Shown: in pieces, positions 1 through 8,072 of the stretch | Position numbering within the stretch: position 1 is the first letter of the stretch | Layout: each line of letters opens with the position of its first letter | Virus record (IMG/VR): IMGVR_UViG_3300045947_000123 | Span: 1-40,411 of that record | Length of the DNA stretch: 40,411 nt | Source of the DNA: a virus | Taxonomy: Duplodnaviria; Caudoviricetes | Reading direction: 5' to 3' (one strand) | Program-made: the position numbers and the translations under genes | The notes under the pieces: model-generated | What the model was told of the DNA's origin: nothing | The model's input: only the letters and a program-made list of their open reading frames with translations | Database searches by the model: none

Positions 1-127
1 GACCGCCGCGCCTCACTTGCCATACCCTGACGTCCCGACGTTGCCATTCCGTCACTGCCGCGAACACCAAGCCGTGCCACGACCGCCACGGCTGACCCGA
101 CCACGGCTGACCTAGTCGCGCCTCGCG
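1..127. repeat. Terminal direct repeat, left copy (circular assembly overlap)
   Basis: 1-127 is identical to 40285-40411; 127 nt is a typical assembler k-mer overlap, implying a circular or complete genome of 40284 bp. Confidence 0.95.
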
Positions 128-437
128 TCACCCAGCCAAGCCAACACCAGTCCTCGCCGTAGCCTCGACCGCCAAGCCACATCCGGCCAAGCGCCGCCTA
201 CGCAAACCGTGCCACACAGGACATGCCGCGCGTACCCTCGACCGCCCCGCCTCGACCGCCGCCCACACCCAACCGGCGCTGGCCCCCACTGCCGCGCGTC
301 CCCAGCCACGACCGCCTGGCCCCGCGCCACCCAGCCAGACCCCGCCTAGCCGCACCGGGCCACGACCGCCCAACCCAGCCAGACCCCGCCCGACGACGCG
401 ACGCCGTCGCTTGCGTTCCGCGCGATGCCTCGGCCAG
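1..437 (-). repeat. GGY-NN pentamer array, 5' part (putative guide ncRNA array)
   Basis: Minus strand reads in 5-nt register, e.g. GGCG GTCGT GGCCC GGTGC GGCTA GGCGG GGTCT GGCTG GGTGG CGCGG GGCCA (370->317); delimiter gaccgcc/cactgcc on + strand at 1, 53, 81, 167, 240, 254, 287, 310, 364. Confidence 0.9.
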
Positions 438-914
438 CTACTGCCTGGCGCGTGCGAGCCGCGTGGACAGCGACTCGATCCGCGCCACCAGCTTCGACAC
501 ATCCCGCTGCAACCCAAACGCGGCGGCGTACCCGAGCGCGCGTTGCGCGGACGCCGCCGCCCGGTCGAACTCCTGCGCGAGACACTTCGCCGCGAGATCC
601 TTCTCCGTCAGGATCCGCGTGACGCTGACGTACCCCTGTTCGCGCGGATGCTCTGGGTCGTGCGTGTAGAGGGGCACCTCGACCGTCGTGTTCTGAATCT
701 CCACGCTGTACACCACACTGCGAATCAGCCGACGTGCCGTCTGTCGCCAGTGCTCCAACGCCGCCGCGTTCACATCCCACTCGAACTCGTCGTGCAGCGG
801 CGACGACGGATCCTTCGCATCCCCGATCACCTCGTCGGGGGTGAGTCGGCCCTCATGCTCTAGCTGGCGCAGGCGCGCGATGACGCGACGACGACGCTCA
901 TCCCCGACACTCAT
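438..914 (-). CDS. 158-aa hypothetical protein, partner of the RAMP/Cas7-like protein
   Basis: ATG overlaps the upstream stop (ATGA at 911-914); globular-looking sequence LTPDEVIGDAKDPSSPLHDEFEWD..ARRLIRSV; its stop codon abuts the array. Confidence 0.85.
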   Translation of the reverse strand: MSVGDERRRRVIARLRQLEHEGRLTPDEVIGDAKDPSSPLHDEFEWDVNAAALEHWRQTARRLIRSVVYSVEIQNTTVEVPLYTHDPEHPREQGYVSVTRILTEKDLAAKCLAQEFDRAAASAQRALGYAAAFGLQRDVSKLVARIESLSTRLARARQ

Positions 915-1732
915 GGAGCGTCCTCGTCGGCCTCATCGTCGGCCTCGACCTCGGCCTCGATCTCCTTCGGCAGTGCGCTCCCACTCACTTGGCGACGATC
1001 CAGTTCTTCCGTGTACCAGCCGAACAACTCCTCGGTCTCGTCGTCGTACGGCGTCAGCTTGGTCATGAACTCCATCTGCGCGCCGCGCCCCATTGTGGTC
1101 ACGATGCGCTGGAATTCGTGGTCGGCGGGATCCACGATGCGGAAGCTCCCGTAGTCGCCCGCCCCCTTCTCACTGCGGTGATCGCCCACCCCGACGTACA
1201 TTCCCGCTGCCGCCACGAGCCGCACGATGAGCGCCTCGGTCAGGATCGGACGCACATACCGCAGCGTGAGGTAGCAGGCCCACTCCGGCAGGATCGCGCG
1301 CGTGCGGATGTCCGGCGTCCGGTTCATGTCCGCACTCCGCACGCCGGTCATGTACAGATGCGGGAGTCCGTAGAGGCCGATGGTGTAGCCTACCGCATGC
1401 ACGAGCCGCCCGATCTGCGCCTTCTTCGTGCCCGGCAGATCGAGCGCGGCGGTCGCGAGGGACTTCTTGAACCCGACACCGGGATGCCCGAGATACGTCG
1501 GTTCCTTCGGATCCTTCAGCACCAACGGTGAGTCGCGGAACTCCTGCGGCACGTCGTGCTTCAGTGAGCCCTGGCGGGCGGCGGCATTCTTCCGGCCCGC
1601 TGGAAGCAGAAGCTCCCGCTTCGCCTTCGCCGCCATCCGATTCGCGACGAACGGCGTCGTCCCGATGAGCGCGAGGTGTAGGCGTCCCTCGTTGACCTCG
1701 ATGATCGTGGTCTCGCGTCTCTCCTTCGCCAT
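911..1732 (-). CDS. RAMP/Cas7(Csm3)-like protein, 273 aa
   Basis: AAGGAG RBS; motif order LHLALIGTTPF (beta1-P), YLGHPGVGFKKSL (like the RAMP IPGSSxKG helix), RAILPEWACYLTLRY, and glycine-rich loop GMYVGVGDHRSEKGAGDYGSFRI; acidic tail. The fold call is inference. Confidence 0.7.
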   Translation of the reverse strand: MAKERRETTIIEVNEGRLHLALIGTTPFVANRMAAKAKRELLLPAGRKNAAARQGSLKHDVPQEFRDSPLVLKDPKEPTYLGHPGVGFKKSLATAALDLPGTKKAQIGRLVHAVGYTIGLYGLPHLYMTGVRSADMNRTPDIRTRAILPEWACYLTLRYVRPILTEALIVRLVAAAGMYVGVGDHRSEKGAGDYGSFRIVDPADHEFQRIVTTMGRGAQMEFMTKLTPYDDETEELFGWYTEELDRRQVSGSALPKEIEAEVEADDEADEDAP

Positions 1733-1744
1733 GGGACCTTCTCC

Positions 1745-2596
1745 TTATGCCGCCTGAGGGGGCGGGAAGGTGTGGCTGTCGGACTCGTCCGGTTCCGGTT
1801 TCCCCCGCCCCTGCAACTGTTCCGTCAGCGCATCGAGCTTCGACTTGGGTGGGACGGTGTCCGGCACGACGGAGACGATCTCCACCGGGATGTCGTCCAG
1901 GGGCAGGCCCAGTTCTGCACGCTCATCCAGGGCTACCGCCCGCTGCAACTCGACGCTCGCGGGCAGCAGTTTGGCGAGGCGGCGCAACACGGTCTTCGCG
2001 GCCATCGCTTCGTAGTCCGTGACCCACGGGCCCGTGGTCGCGGCGCGTGACCGCTTGCGGATCGCGTCAATCTCCCGCTTCCACATCCACTCCCACTGGA
2101 CGCCCCCCTCGCGGAATCGCGCAATGGCATAGACCGCGATGAGCTCCCCGGCCTCGTCGCCTTGAAACGGCTTGTGCTCCAGCACGGGCTTCATGCCGTA
2201 CGCGAATTTGAAGGAGTCCTTCGCGTGAACCACGCGCACCTCGATGGACTCGATGCGCCCGCTCCGGCGCGCGAGATCGAGGAGTCCCTTGTAGCCGGGG
2301 ATGAGCGTCGCCGTGCCCTTGAAGGGCACGAGGTAGGCGTACCCCAGGACGCCGTCGGGTTCCAGCCCCAGCTGCGCGGCCTGCAGGATCGCATTCGCGA
2401 GCGAGGTCTTGCTGCAGTCGAGGAGGTCCGGCGTTCGCACGCACGAGGTCAGTGCCACGCGCGTGAGCCGGTCCACGGTGAGATGTTTCGGGAGCGCGCG
2501 CGCGATCTCCTGCCGCATGTCCCCGAGCAACGCGCGCACGGTGTCCACCTTCTGCTTCAGCGGGACCATCTGCGTCTTCGATTCGGTCTGGGTCAT
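1745..2596 (-). CDS. recT: RecT-family ssDNA annealing protein
   Basis: ARALPKHLTVDRLTRVAL, AAQLGLEPDGVLGYAYLVPF, GYKGLLDLARRSG, PWVTDYEAMAAKTVLRRLAKLLP; start trimmed to MTQTESK (ATGA overlap). Confidence 0.95.
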   Translation of the reverse strand: MTQTESKTQMVPLKQKVDTVRALLGDMRQEIARALPKHLTVDRLTRVALTSCVRTPDLLDCSKTSLANAILQAAQLGLEPDGVLGYAYLVPFKGTATLIPGYKGLLDLARRSGRIESIEVRVVHAKDSFKFAYGMKPVLEHKPFQGDEAGELIAVYAIARFREGGVQWEWMWKREIDAIRKRSRAATTGPWVTDYEAMAAKTVLRRLAKLLPASVELQRAVALDERAELGLPLDDIPVEIVSVVPDTVPPKSKLDALTEQLQGRGKPEPDESDSHTFPPPQAA

Positions 2597-3492
2597 GTGT
2601 CGCGTCCCTTCTGGCGGCGCAGCGTGCGGATGGTCGCGGCCTCGACCGTGTAGGCGCGCCGGTCGTGCGCCATCCACGAATAGACCGTGCCGTTGGGGAG
2701 GACTCCCCGTTCCGCAGTGCCCAATGCGCCACGCAACATGTTTTCGGACTGCAGTTTCTCCGCCTCCCAGTACTTGATCTGACGCAAGGCCTCCTCTCGG
2801 TTCTCATCCCACCCGATCGCCTCGCCGGGCAGCGGGATGACCAGCCCCGGCTCGTGCCGGGGATACAGCCGCTGGAGCAGTTCGCGCGTGCGGGGACTCG
2901 CGTCGGGAGGTGGCGGGACGCCCGTCTCCACCGTGCGCCAGAACGCATGCTCTTGCGCGAGCAAGGCATCGATGAAGGGCTGATTGCGCGGGACATCCAA
3001 CCAGCGGAACTTCTGTCCGCCAAAGAGCACGGCGAGCGAGGCGTACTCCGCCGTCGAATACACCGCCAGCTGGTGCTGCACCTGGACGAGGTAGAGCAGG
3101 GGCGCGTCCCCATCCGCCCACTCGTCCTGCTTCCAATTCGCCGCCGTTTTGATCTCCAGCAGGCCGAGCGGCGGACCGGGCAGCACCCGGTCGAGCGTGG
3201 CGAGACACCAGGACTCGCTGGGATGTCGCTGGATGTTGTAGGGCCCCGGATCCTGCACGAGCCGCCCGGTGTCGTCCGCGTACTTCTGCGCGATGACGGG
3301 CTCCAGCCGGTGGCCCCACTCCAGGTACTCGCTCTCGTCGGGCGCGATCTCCGCGACGCCGGTCTTCTCACACCAGAGGGCGAACAGGCTCTTCCAGGGG
3401 CTCACGCCCGCGATCACGGCGGCGTCCGACGAACCGACGCCGGTCCGGCGTTCCGCGAGCCACTGCGAGCGCGCGTCCGTCGTCGTGGTCAT
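2593..3492 (-). CDS. yqaJ: YqaJ/lambda-exonuclease-like viral recombinase nuclease
   Basis: WLAERRTGVGSSDAA, WGHRLEPVI, ATLDR..LLEIKT (PD-(D/E)XK), YLVQVQHQL; adjacent to recT. Confidence 0.93.
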   Translation of the reverse strand: MTTTTDARSQWLAERRTGVGSSDAAVIAGVSPWKSLFALWCEKTGVAEIAPDESEYLEWGHRLEPVIAQKYADDTGRLVQDPGPYNIQRHPSESWCLATLDRVLPGPPLGLLEIKTAANWKQDEWADGDAPLLYLVQVQHQLAVYSTAEYASLAVLFGGQKFRWLDVPRNQPFIDALLAQEHAFWRTVETGVPPPPDASPRTRELLQRLYPRHEPGLVIPLPGEAIGWDENREEALRQIKYWEAEKLQSENMLRGALGTAERGVLPNGTVYSWMAHDRRAYTVEAATIRTLRRQKGRDT

Positions 3493-3809
3493 CGTGGTCC
3501 CTCCTCGCGTCCGATCTCCGCCAGCATCGCGGCGTGTCCGGCGAGCGCCTGCGGCCATGTGGCGTATCGCACCGTCGTCCCGTTGTGCTCGTCGGTGCTG
3601 AAGATCATGGTTTCGAAGATGTGGCGCGGCCCGTCCTTCGACCAGGCGTGATCCAACCCGAGGAAGACGGTGGACACCACGGTCCCGTCGGCATACCGAT
3701 CCTGTTGGACGATCCGTCGCGAAGTGTGCTCTTCAAACCATCGGGCCCAGGTGAGGAGGTCGACGGGGACAGCGACGTTGTCCTCGTTCAGGATGTAGTA
3801 CTCACTCAT
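3489..3809 (-). CDS. Phage hypothetical protein
   Basis: 106 aa, VSTVFLGLDH..FETMIF motif; GGGAG RBS; stop overlaps the yqaJ start. Confidence 0.8.
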   Translation of the reverse strand: MSEYYILNEDNVAVPVDLLTWARWFEEHTSRRIVQQDRYADGTVVSTVFLGLDHAWSKDGPRHIFETMIFSTDEHNGTTVRYATWPQALAGHAAMLAEIGREEGPR

Positions 3810-3854
3810 GGCCGCTCCCGTGAATGGCAGTAGCAGGGACAGGTCGATGGGCAG

Positions 3855-4043
3855 TTACGCGGGTGCGTCAGGACGCAGCCGGGACAACGCGCGAAGCTGC
3901 TGATCGACCGTGGCCTCCAACCGTTTCGATTCCACGAGTGACGCCCGGTCGCGCCGCTTGAAGTAGAGCGTCTGCCAGAAGCGCATCTCACGAGTCACTG
4001 TCTCCAGCTGAAGCAGGTACTGGAGGCGCTCGACTTCGTTCAT
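3855..4043 (-). CDS. Small helical hypothetical protein (62 aa)
   Basis: MNEVERLQYLLQ...; ATGA coupling with upstream ORF. Confidence 0.65.
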   Translation of the reverse strand: MNEVERLQYLLQLETVTREMRFWQTLYFKRRDRASLVESKRLEATVDQQLRALSRLRPDAPA

Positions 4044-4201
4044 GCGTGCGGCGTCGGCTTGTCCCGACGCTCGTCGCGCCGCTCCCGACGCTCGTCGCGC
4101 CGCAGTTCGCGCCGCTCCGCTTGGAAGTCTCGGTAGATCAGCCACAGGATGCCTGCGCCCACCACCAGGATGCCGACCGTCATGCCCAGGAACCAATCCA
4201 T
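4040..4201 (-). CDS. Small single-TM protein with Arg/Glu-rich tail (53 aa; not in the ORF track)
   Basis: MDWFLGMTVGILVVGAGILWLIYRDFQAERRELRRDERRERRDERR; GGAGG RBS; 21-bp tandem duplication at 4062-4103. Confidence 0.65.
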   Translation of the reverse strand: MDWFLGMTVGILVVGAGILWLIYRDFQAERRELRRDERRERRDERRDKPTPHA

Positions 4202-4215
4202 CGCGTGCCTCCGTT

Positions 4216-4938
4216 TCAGTCGTCATCGTCTCGGCGGAATGGATGCTTGCGCTCGCGCCACTTCCCCGGTGCATGATCGGGATCGTCGGCCGGCACCTCG
4301 ACCAGCCTGAATCCTTGGGCCCGGAGATCGGCGCGCGCCGCCTCCGGCATCGTGTCGGGGATGATCCGCTCGATGTGGGTGGGCCGCATCGCGAAGAAGA
4401 CACCGGGCCGCAGGATGTGCCCGCGTCCCGCGCACTCCTCGCACGGGCTGAGGCCTGGCAGATCGGCCGCTGCTGGACGGTCCTGGACGCCGCTCCCCTC
4501 GCAGGGGCGACACATCTCCGTGATCGTGCTGGGGTGCGCGAAGAAGACCCACGTCGTCCCGATCTGGAACCACTTCGGGATCTGGCCGGGGATCCGCTTC
4601 GACACGCCGAACATCGCGGCTTCCGTCGCGAACGTCCCCGGCGTGTAGAAGGCGTCGCCCACCCAGACGAGGCCGGCCGTCTCCACCTCCAAGACCTTGC
4701 CGAGCGGACACCACTCGCATCGCACAGGATCGCCGCTGGCGCAGACCGGCGCGGCGTGGAGGATCTGCTTCGGCCGGATCCGCTGGAGCCCCCGCGTGAA
4801 TCGCGGCTCGTGCTCGCACAGCGGACACGGCATCAGCCGGATCGGGAACCGGCCGCAGGCGAAGCCGGCTCCGTCGCCGACGAGGTAGGTGCCGCCGATC
4901 TTCCGGTACCCGCACTGCCGTCGCACCTCAACCGCCAT
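4216..4938 (-). CDS. Cys-rich phage hypothetical protein (240 aa)
   Basis: RRQCGYRKIGGTYLV N-terminus, several CxxC pairs including CxxCxGxG motifs; GAGGAGG RBS. Confidence 0.75.
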   Translation of the reverse strand: MAVEVRRQCGYRKIGGTYLVGDGAGFACGRFPIRLMPCPLCEHEPRFTRGLQRIRPKQILHAAPVCASGDPVRCEWCPLGKVLEVETAGLVWVGDAFYTPGTFATEAAMFGVSKRIPGQIPKWFQIGTTWVFFAHPSTITEMCRPCEGSGVQDRPAAADLPGLSPCEECAGRGHILRPGVFFAMRPTHIERIIPDTMPEAARADLRAQGFRLVEVPADDPDHAPGKWRERKHPFRRDDDD

Positions 4939-4950
4939 CGGTCGCCCTCC

Positions 4951-5316
4951 TCATCGACGTTCCCGGAGTTCGACGCCCGGGATCCCGACGGCATCCATGA
5001 ACGCGACGGGCGTCAACCGGCGGGTCTTGCACCACCAGAAGTGCAACGTGAACGGATGCGTGTTCACCCATTCCGTCGTCGGCGGGAACACCTGGATCAC
5101 CTCCGCATCCGGCGGAAAGAACATCTCGCGGACCAGCTTCGTCTCATTCCAGTCGGGCAAGCGAGTGCGCGTCGAGAACGAGACGTGCTTCCAGACCTCG
5201 CCGTCGCCAAACTCCTGGTCGTCGGACTCGATGATCCGCAGTCGGCCGACCTGATAGATCGGACTGTCGGAGCCCAGCGAGGGATGCGTCCAGGCGATAG
5301 GATCCGGCTTCTTCAC
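4951..5316 (-). CDS. Conserved phage hypothetical protein
   Basis: WKHVSFS..RLPDWNE..FPP..WVNTHPFTLHFW motif; GTG start overlaps the upstream stop. Confidence 0.75.
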   Translation of the reverse strand: MKKPDPIAWTHPSLGSDSPIYQVGRLRIIESDDQEFGDGEVWKHVSFSTRTRLPDWNETKLVREMFFPPDAEVIQVFPPTTEWVNTHPFTLHFWWCKTRRLTPVAFMDAVGIPGVELRERR

Positions 5317-5642
5317 CCATCCCTCCGTTCGCCGGGGAGCGGCCCGCTCATCTCGCGGTAGCTCGCAGCCGTCATCAACACGAGCCACGGTGTCTCGACC
5401 CCGCGCCCGCCCCGGCGCTTCACCAGTACCATGCCGATCTTGTTCCGCTGGGTGCCCTGTCGTTCCGCCTCGACGGCGAGCCGCTCCAGTTCCGCGAGCG
5501 AGCAGACGCGACGGTGCTTGACTTGGCAGACGAGCCCATCATTCTCGACATCGACCTCTTCGCCGCTGTTCGCCCAGTGGCGCGTGCCGCCGATGATCCC
5601 GGCAGCGGCGCGTTCCGCCGCCTTCCAGGGACGCTCACTCAT
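5313..5642 (-). CDS. Putative PD-(D/E)XK Holliday-junction-resolvase-like nuclease
   Basis: WKAAER..., DVE..VCQVKHR, followed by a hydrophobic strand and WLVLM; 109 aa. Confidence 0.6.
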   Translation of the reverse strand: MSERPWKAAERAAAGIIGGTRHWANSGEEVDVENDGLVCQVKHRRVCSLAELERLAVEAERQGTQRNKIGMVLVKRRGGRGVETPWLVLMTAASYREMSGPLPGERRDG

Positions 5643-5827
5643 TCACCCGTCCTCGCGCGGCCCGGCGGCGGGCGGACGGCGATCATGGCCCGATAGCAGT
5701 CGTCGCACACCATCGCGTCGCCGGGTCTTGGCGTCCATCCATTCTCGATCTGCTCGACCCGTGCTTCCTCGTCGGTCCACGCTTTCACAAAGACGCGGTG
5801 ACAGCGGGCGCATTCGTAGGTGCTCAC
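5639..5827 (-). CDS. Small Zn-ribbon protein (62 aa)
   Basis: YECARC ... VCDDCY; GTGA coupling. Confidence 0.65.
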   Translation of the reverse strand: MSTYECARCHRVFVKAWTDEEARVEQIENGWTPRPGDAMVCDDCYRAMIAVRPPPGRARTGE

Positions 5828-6957
5828 GGCGTCCACGGGAGCGGCGGGATCGGGGGGCGCGGGAGCTTCTCGGCTTCCGGCGTGAGCAGAGCGCGGGCAC
5901 TGTCCCCGGTCGTGTTGCCGTCCTTGCTCCCGCAGCCGCTCTTGATCCAAATGTCGCTGTACTGGCCGTTCGTCCAGCGGTTGCTGACGATGTTCCGGTC
6001 AACGCGGTTGTCGTGCGTGTACTCCGGGGGCGACGTGCTGCTCTGGTACCACGCCACGATCCCGGTGTTGCCTTCCGTCCACCCCAGCTGCGTCAGGTTG
6101 GGGTCCAGCACCTTGTTCTCGGCGGCGAGGCAGTAGGCACTGCCCGTGATCGATACGCCGCACTGGCTGGTGCGGATGCAGATGTTGCGAAGCGCCTGCC
6201 CGTAGTCGCTCCGGCCCTCTAGGATGATGCCGCAGCCGGACCCGCACGAGCCGCCGACGATGTAGTTGTCGGTGACCTTCGCGTATTTGCTGCCGCCGCC
6301 GATGTTGATGGAGTCCTCGACGCCGACGTTGTCGCGGGGGTTGGAGTGCTCCAGTTCCGGCGTGATCTCGAAAAAGTTCCGGTCGATGATGACGCCATCC
6401 GATTCCGGCCCGTCCTTGTTCACCGGGTAGCACTGGATGTGTTGCCCTCTCGGATTCGGGCCGAGCGGGTTCTGCCCGTAGTTGCCCCGGATGGTGATCG
6501 CGTAGCAGTTCTGCGCCACCATGTGCGACTCGTTCTGCGCGAAGGCGCAGCCCTGGATCAGGATGTCCCGCGCGCCGTTCTTCATGTACACGCCGTGACT
6601 CTGGTCAGTGCCCGCGCGTGAGCGGCCCGTCGCGATGATCGAGTTCACCACCTTCACGCGGCGCGTGCCGTCGATCAGGACGCCGTGCCCGTGGACCGGG
6701 CCGATCAGGCAGTCCTCGATCACCACGTCGTCGGCGGCGACGATCCCGTGGCCGTTGGGGCTGGTGACCCGGAGCCGGTACAGCCGCTCGCCGGTCGTGG
6801 CCGTGATCGGACCGACCACGTCGGTGTAATCGCCCGGGTCCGGCGGCTCCGGCTGGGGCGGCGTGCCCGCTTCCAGCGCCGCGATGCGCGACTCCTGGTC
6901 GTCCACCCGCGCGACGAGCGCCTCGAACTCCGGCTTGGTCGGGACTTCGACACTCAT
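5824..6957 (-). CDS. Right-handed parallel beta-helix (pectate-lyase-like) protein
   Basis: Repeated strand/Asn-ladder motifs (VVIEDCLI, VKVVNSII, ILIQGCAF, ITIRGNY, VIIDRNFF, VTDNYI); N-terminal coiled coil plus Pro linker; GGAGGA RBS. Confidence 0.8.
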   Translation of the reverse strand: MSVEVPTKPEFEALVARVDDQESRIAALEAGTPPQPEPPDPGDYTDVVGPITATTGERLYRLRVTSPNGHGIVAADDVVIEDCLIGPVHGHGVLIDGTRRVKVVNSIIATGRSRAGTDQSHGVYMKNGARDILIQGCAFAQNESHMVAQNCYAITIRGNYGQNPLGPNPRGQHIQCYPVNKDGPESDGVIIDRNFFEITPELEHSNPRDNVGVEDSINIGGGSKYAKVTDNYIVGGSCGSGCGIILEGRSDYGQALRNICIRTSQCGVSITGSAYCLAAENKVLDPNLTQLGWTEGNTGIVAWYQSSTSPPEYTHDNRVDRNIVSNRWTNGQYSDIWIKSGCGSKDGNTTGDSARALLTPEAEKLPRPPIPPLPWTP

Positions 6958-7078
6958 CGCCAGTTCCTCCACCGCCGCCACCACGGGCCTCGCGCTCGCC
7001 GCGCCGCGCCCAGCTGGAGGAGTCGGATCACGAGCAGGGAGTCGAGGTCGAGGACGGTGTAGCCGTCGGGGATGGTGA

Positions 7079-7369
7079 TCACCCGGTGGCCTCCTTCAGG
7101 TAGCCCGCCCGGCGGAGGATGCTGCGCGCCTTCGCGATGGCTTCCGCCTGCCGCCGGGACCGAATCGACGGCGGCTTATAGCGGTCTGGAGACTTCATGT
7201 AGGCGGCGATCTCGCGCCAGACCGGCTCGCTGGGCACGAGGCCCCGCAAGACCTTGTTGACGTAGCCCGTCTCGCGGCCAATCGCGAGCGCGAGCGCGTG
7301 CCGGGTCATGCGCCGCTTGCGAAGGAACCGGAGGACGGTGGCCTGACGATGGACGGCAGACCCTGCCAT
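7079..7369 (-). CDS. Cro-like HTH regulator
   Basis: MTRHALALAIGRETGYVNKVLRG HTH; first gene of the leftward operon, divergent from the cI-like gene. Confidence 0.7.
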   Translation of the reverse strand: MAGSAVHRQATVLRFLRKRRMTRHALALAIGRETGYVNKVLRGLVPSEPVWREIAAYMKSPDRYKPPSIRSRRQAEAIAKARSILRRAGYLKEATG

Positions 7370-7574
7370 ATGTTGCAGACCTCCCACTGCGGATGAAGCT
7401 CCGAGTACCCAGGTCGAATACCTCGCTCACGCGGCGCGTGTCAAGCGGGTCGTGGGGTTGGCGGTGCGCGTCTTCACAAGCTCGCTTTTCTGAGGGTTTT
7501 TCACTACTTGTGGGGAGTGACATATGTCAGTCATCATGTTTCATAGGTCACAGGTGCCGTGAAGGAGGCCTAGA
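7370..7574. promoter_or_regulatory. Divergent lysis/lysogeny control region
   Basis: Lower-GC intergenic stretch; TTGACA on - strand at 7439-7444; perfect palindrome TGACATATGTCA at 7518-7529; AAGGAGG RBS before 7575. Confidence 0.6.
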
Positions 7575-8072
7575 ATGATCCCCATGGAAGAGTTTCCCGG
7601 CGTCACGGAACGGCTCCGCGCCGCGTTCCAGCGGTTGGGCTACTGGGACGCCGAGCGCGAGGCCCCGCAGATCGCCCGGTTCTGTCGCGCCTATCCGCAG
7701 TACGATGTGCGCCACGTGGCGAACTGGGTGAATTTGCGCGTGAAGCGCCGTCCCTCGTTGCCCAATCTCGCGCGGCTGGCAACGGATCTCCGGGAGTCGA
7801 TGGCGTTCCTCCTGTTGGGGCCCGCGCTCTTCGCTCCGGCCGAGTGGGAACCGCTCATCGCGCACTTCGCCCAGCACGTCGAGGGAGGCCAGCCTTCCCA
7901 GGAGAATGTTCCGAATGTGCGCCGACGACGCCGACGGTCCCGCACGAATGCCGTCCGAGTTCATCCGCCGGGGGCATCCGTGGCCCTACCTGATCGCGGC
8001 GTGGCAGGCCGTCGAGGACGTGCTGCGCGAACCCGCGCCCGCCCGTCCGGCGAGACTGGCTCTGCTGGCTGA
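7575..8072 (+). CDS. CI-like XRE-family HTH repressor
   Basis: ERLRAA..IARFC..VRHVANWVN..RRPSLPNLARLATDLRESMAFLLLG matches the XRE pattern; no S24 peptidase domain visible. Confidence 0.7.
   Translation: MIPMEEFPGVTERLRAAFQRLGYWDAEREAPQIARFCRAYPQYDVRHVANWVNLRVKRRPSLPNLARLATDLRESMAFLLLGPALFAPAEWEPLIAHFAQHVEGGQPSQENVPNVRRRRRRSRTNAVRVHPPGASVALPDRGVAGRRGRAARTRARPSGETGSAG

Noticed and set aside
1-437. Canonical CRISPR array
   Set aside because: No 23-47-bp identical repeats with unique spacers; the conserved element is a 7-nt delimiter plus pentamer periodicity
112-669. ORFs across the array (112..330, 128..517, 223..669; also 40002..40379, 40124..40354, 40202..40399)
   Set aside because: Arg/Gly/Pro/Trp-rich translations of a period-5 GC repeat, without convincing RBS; shadow ORFs
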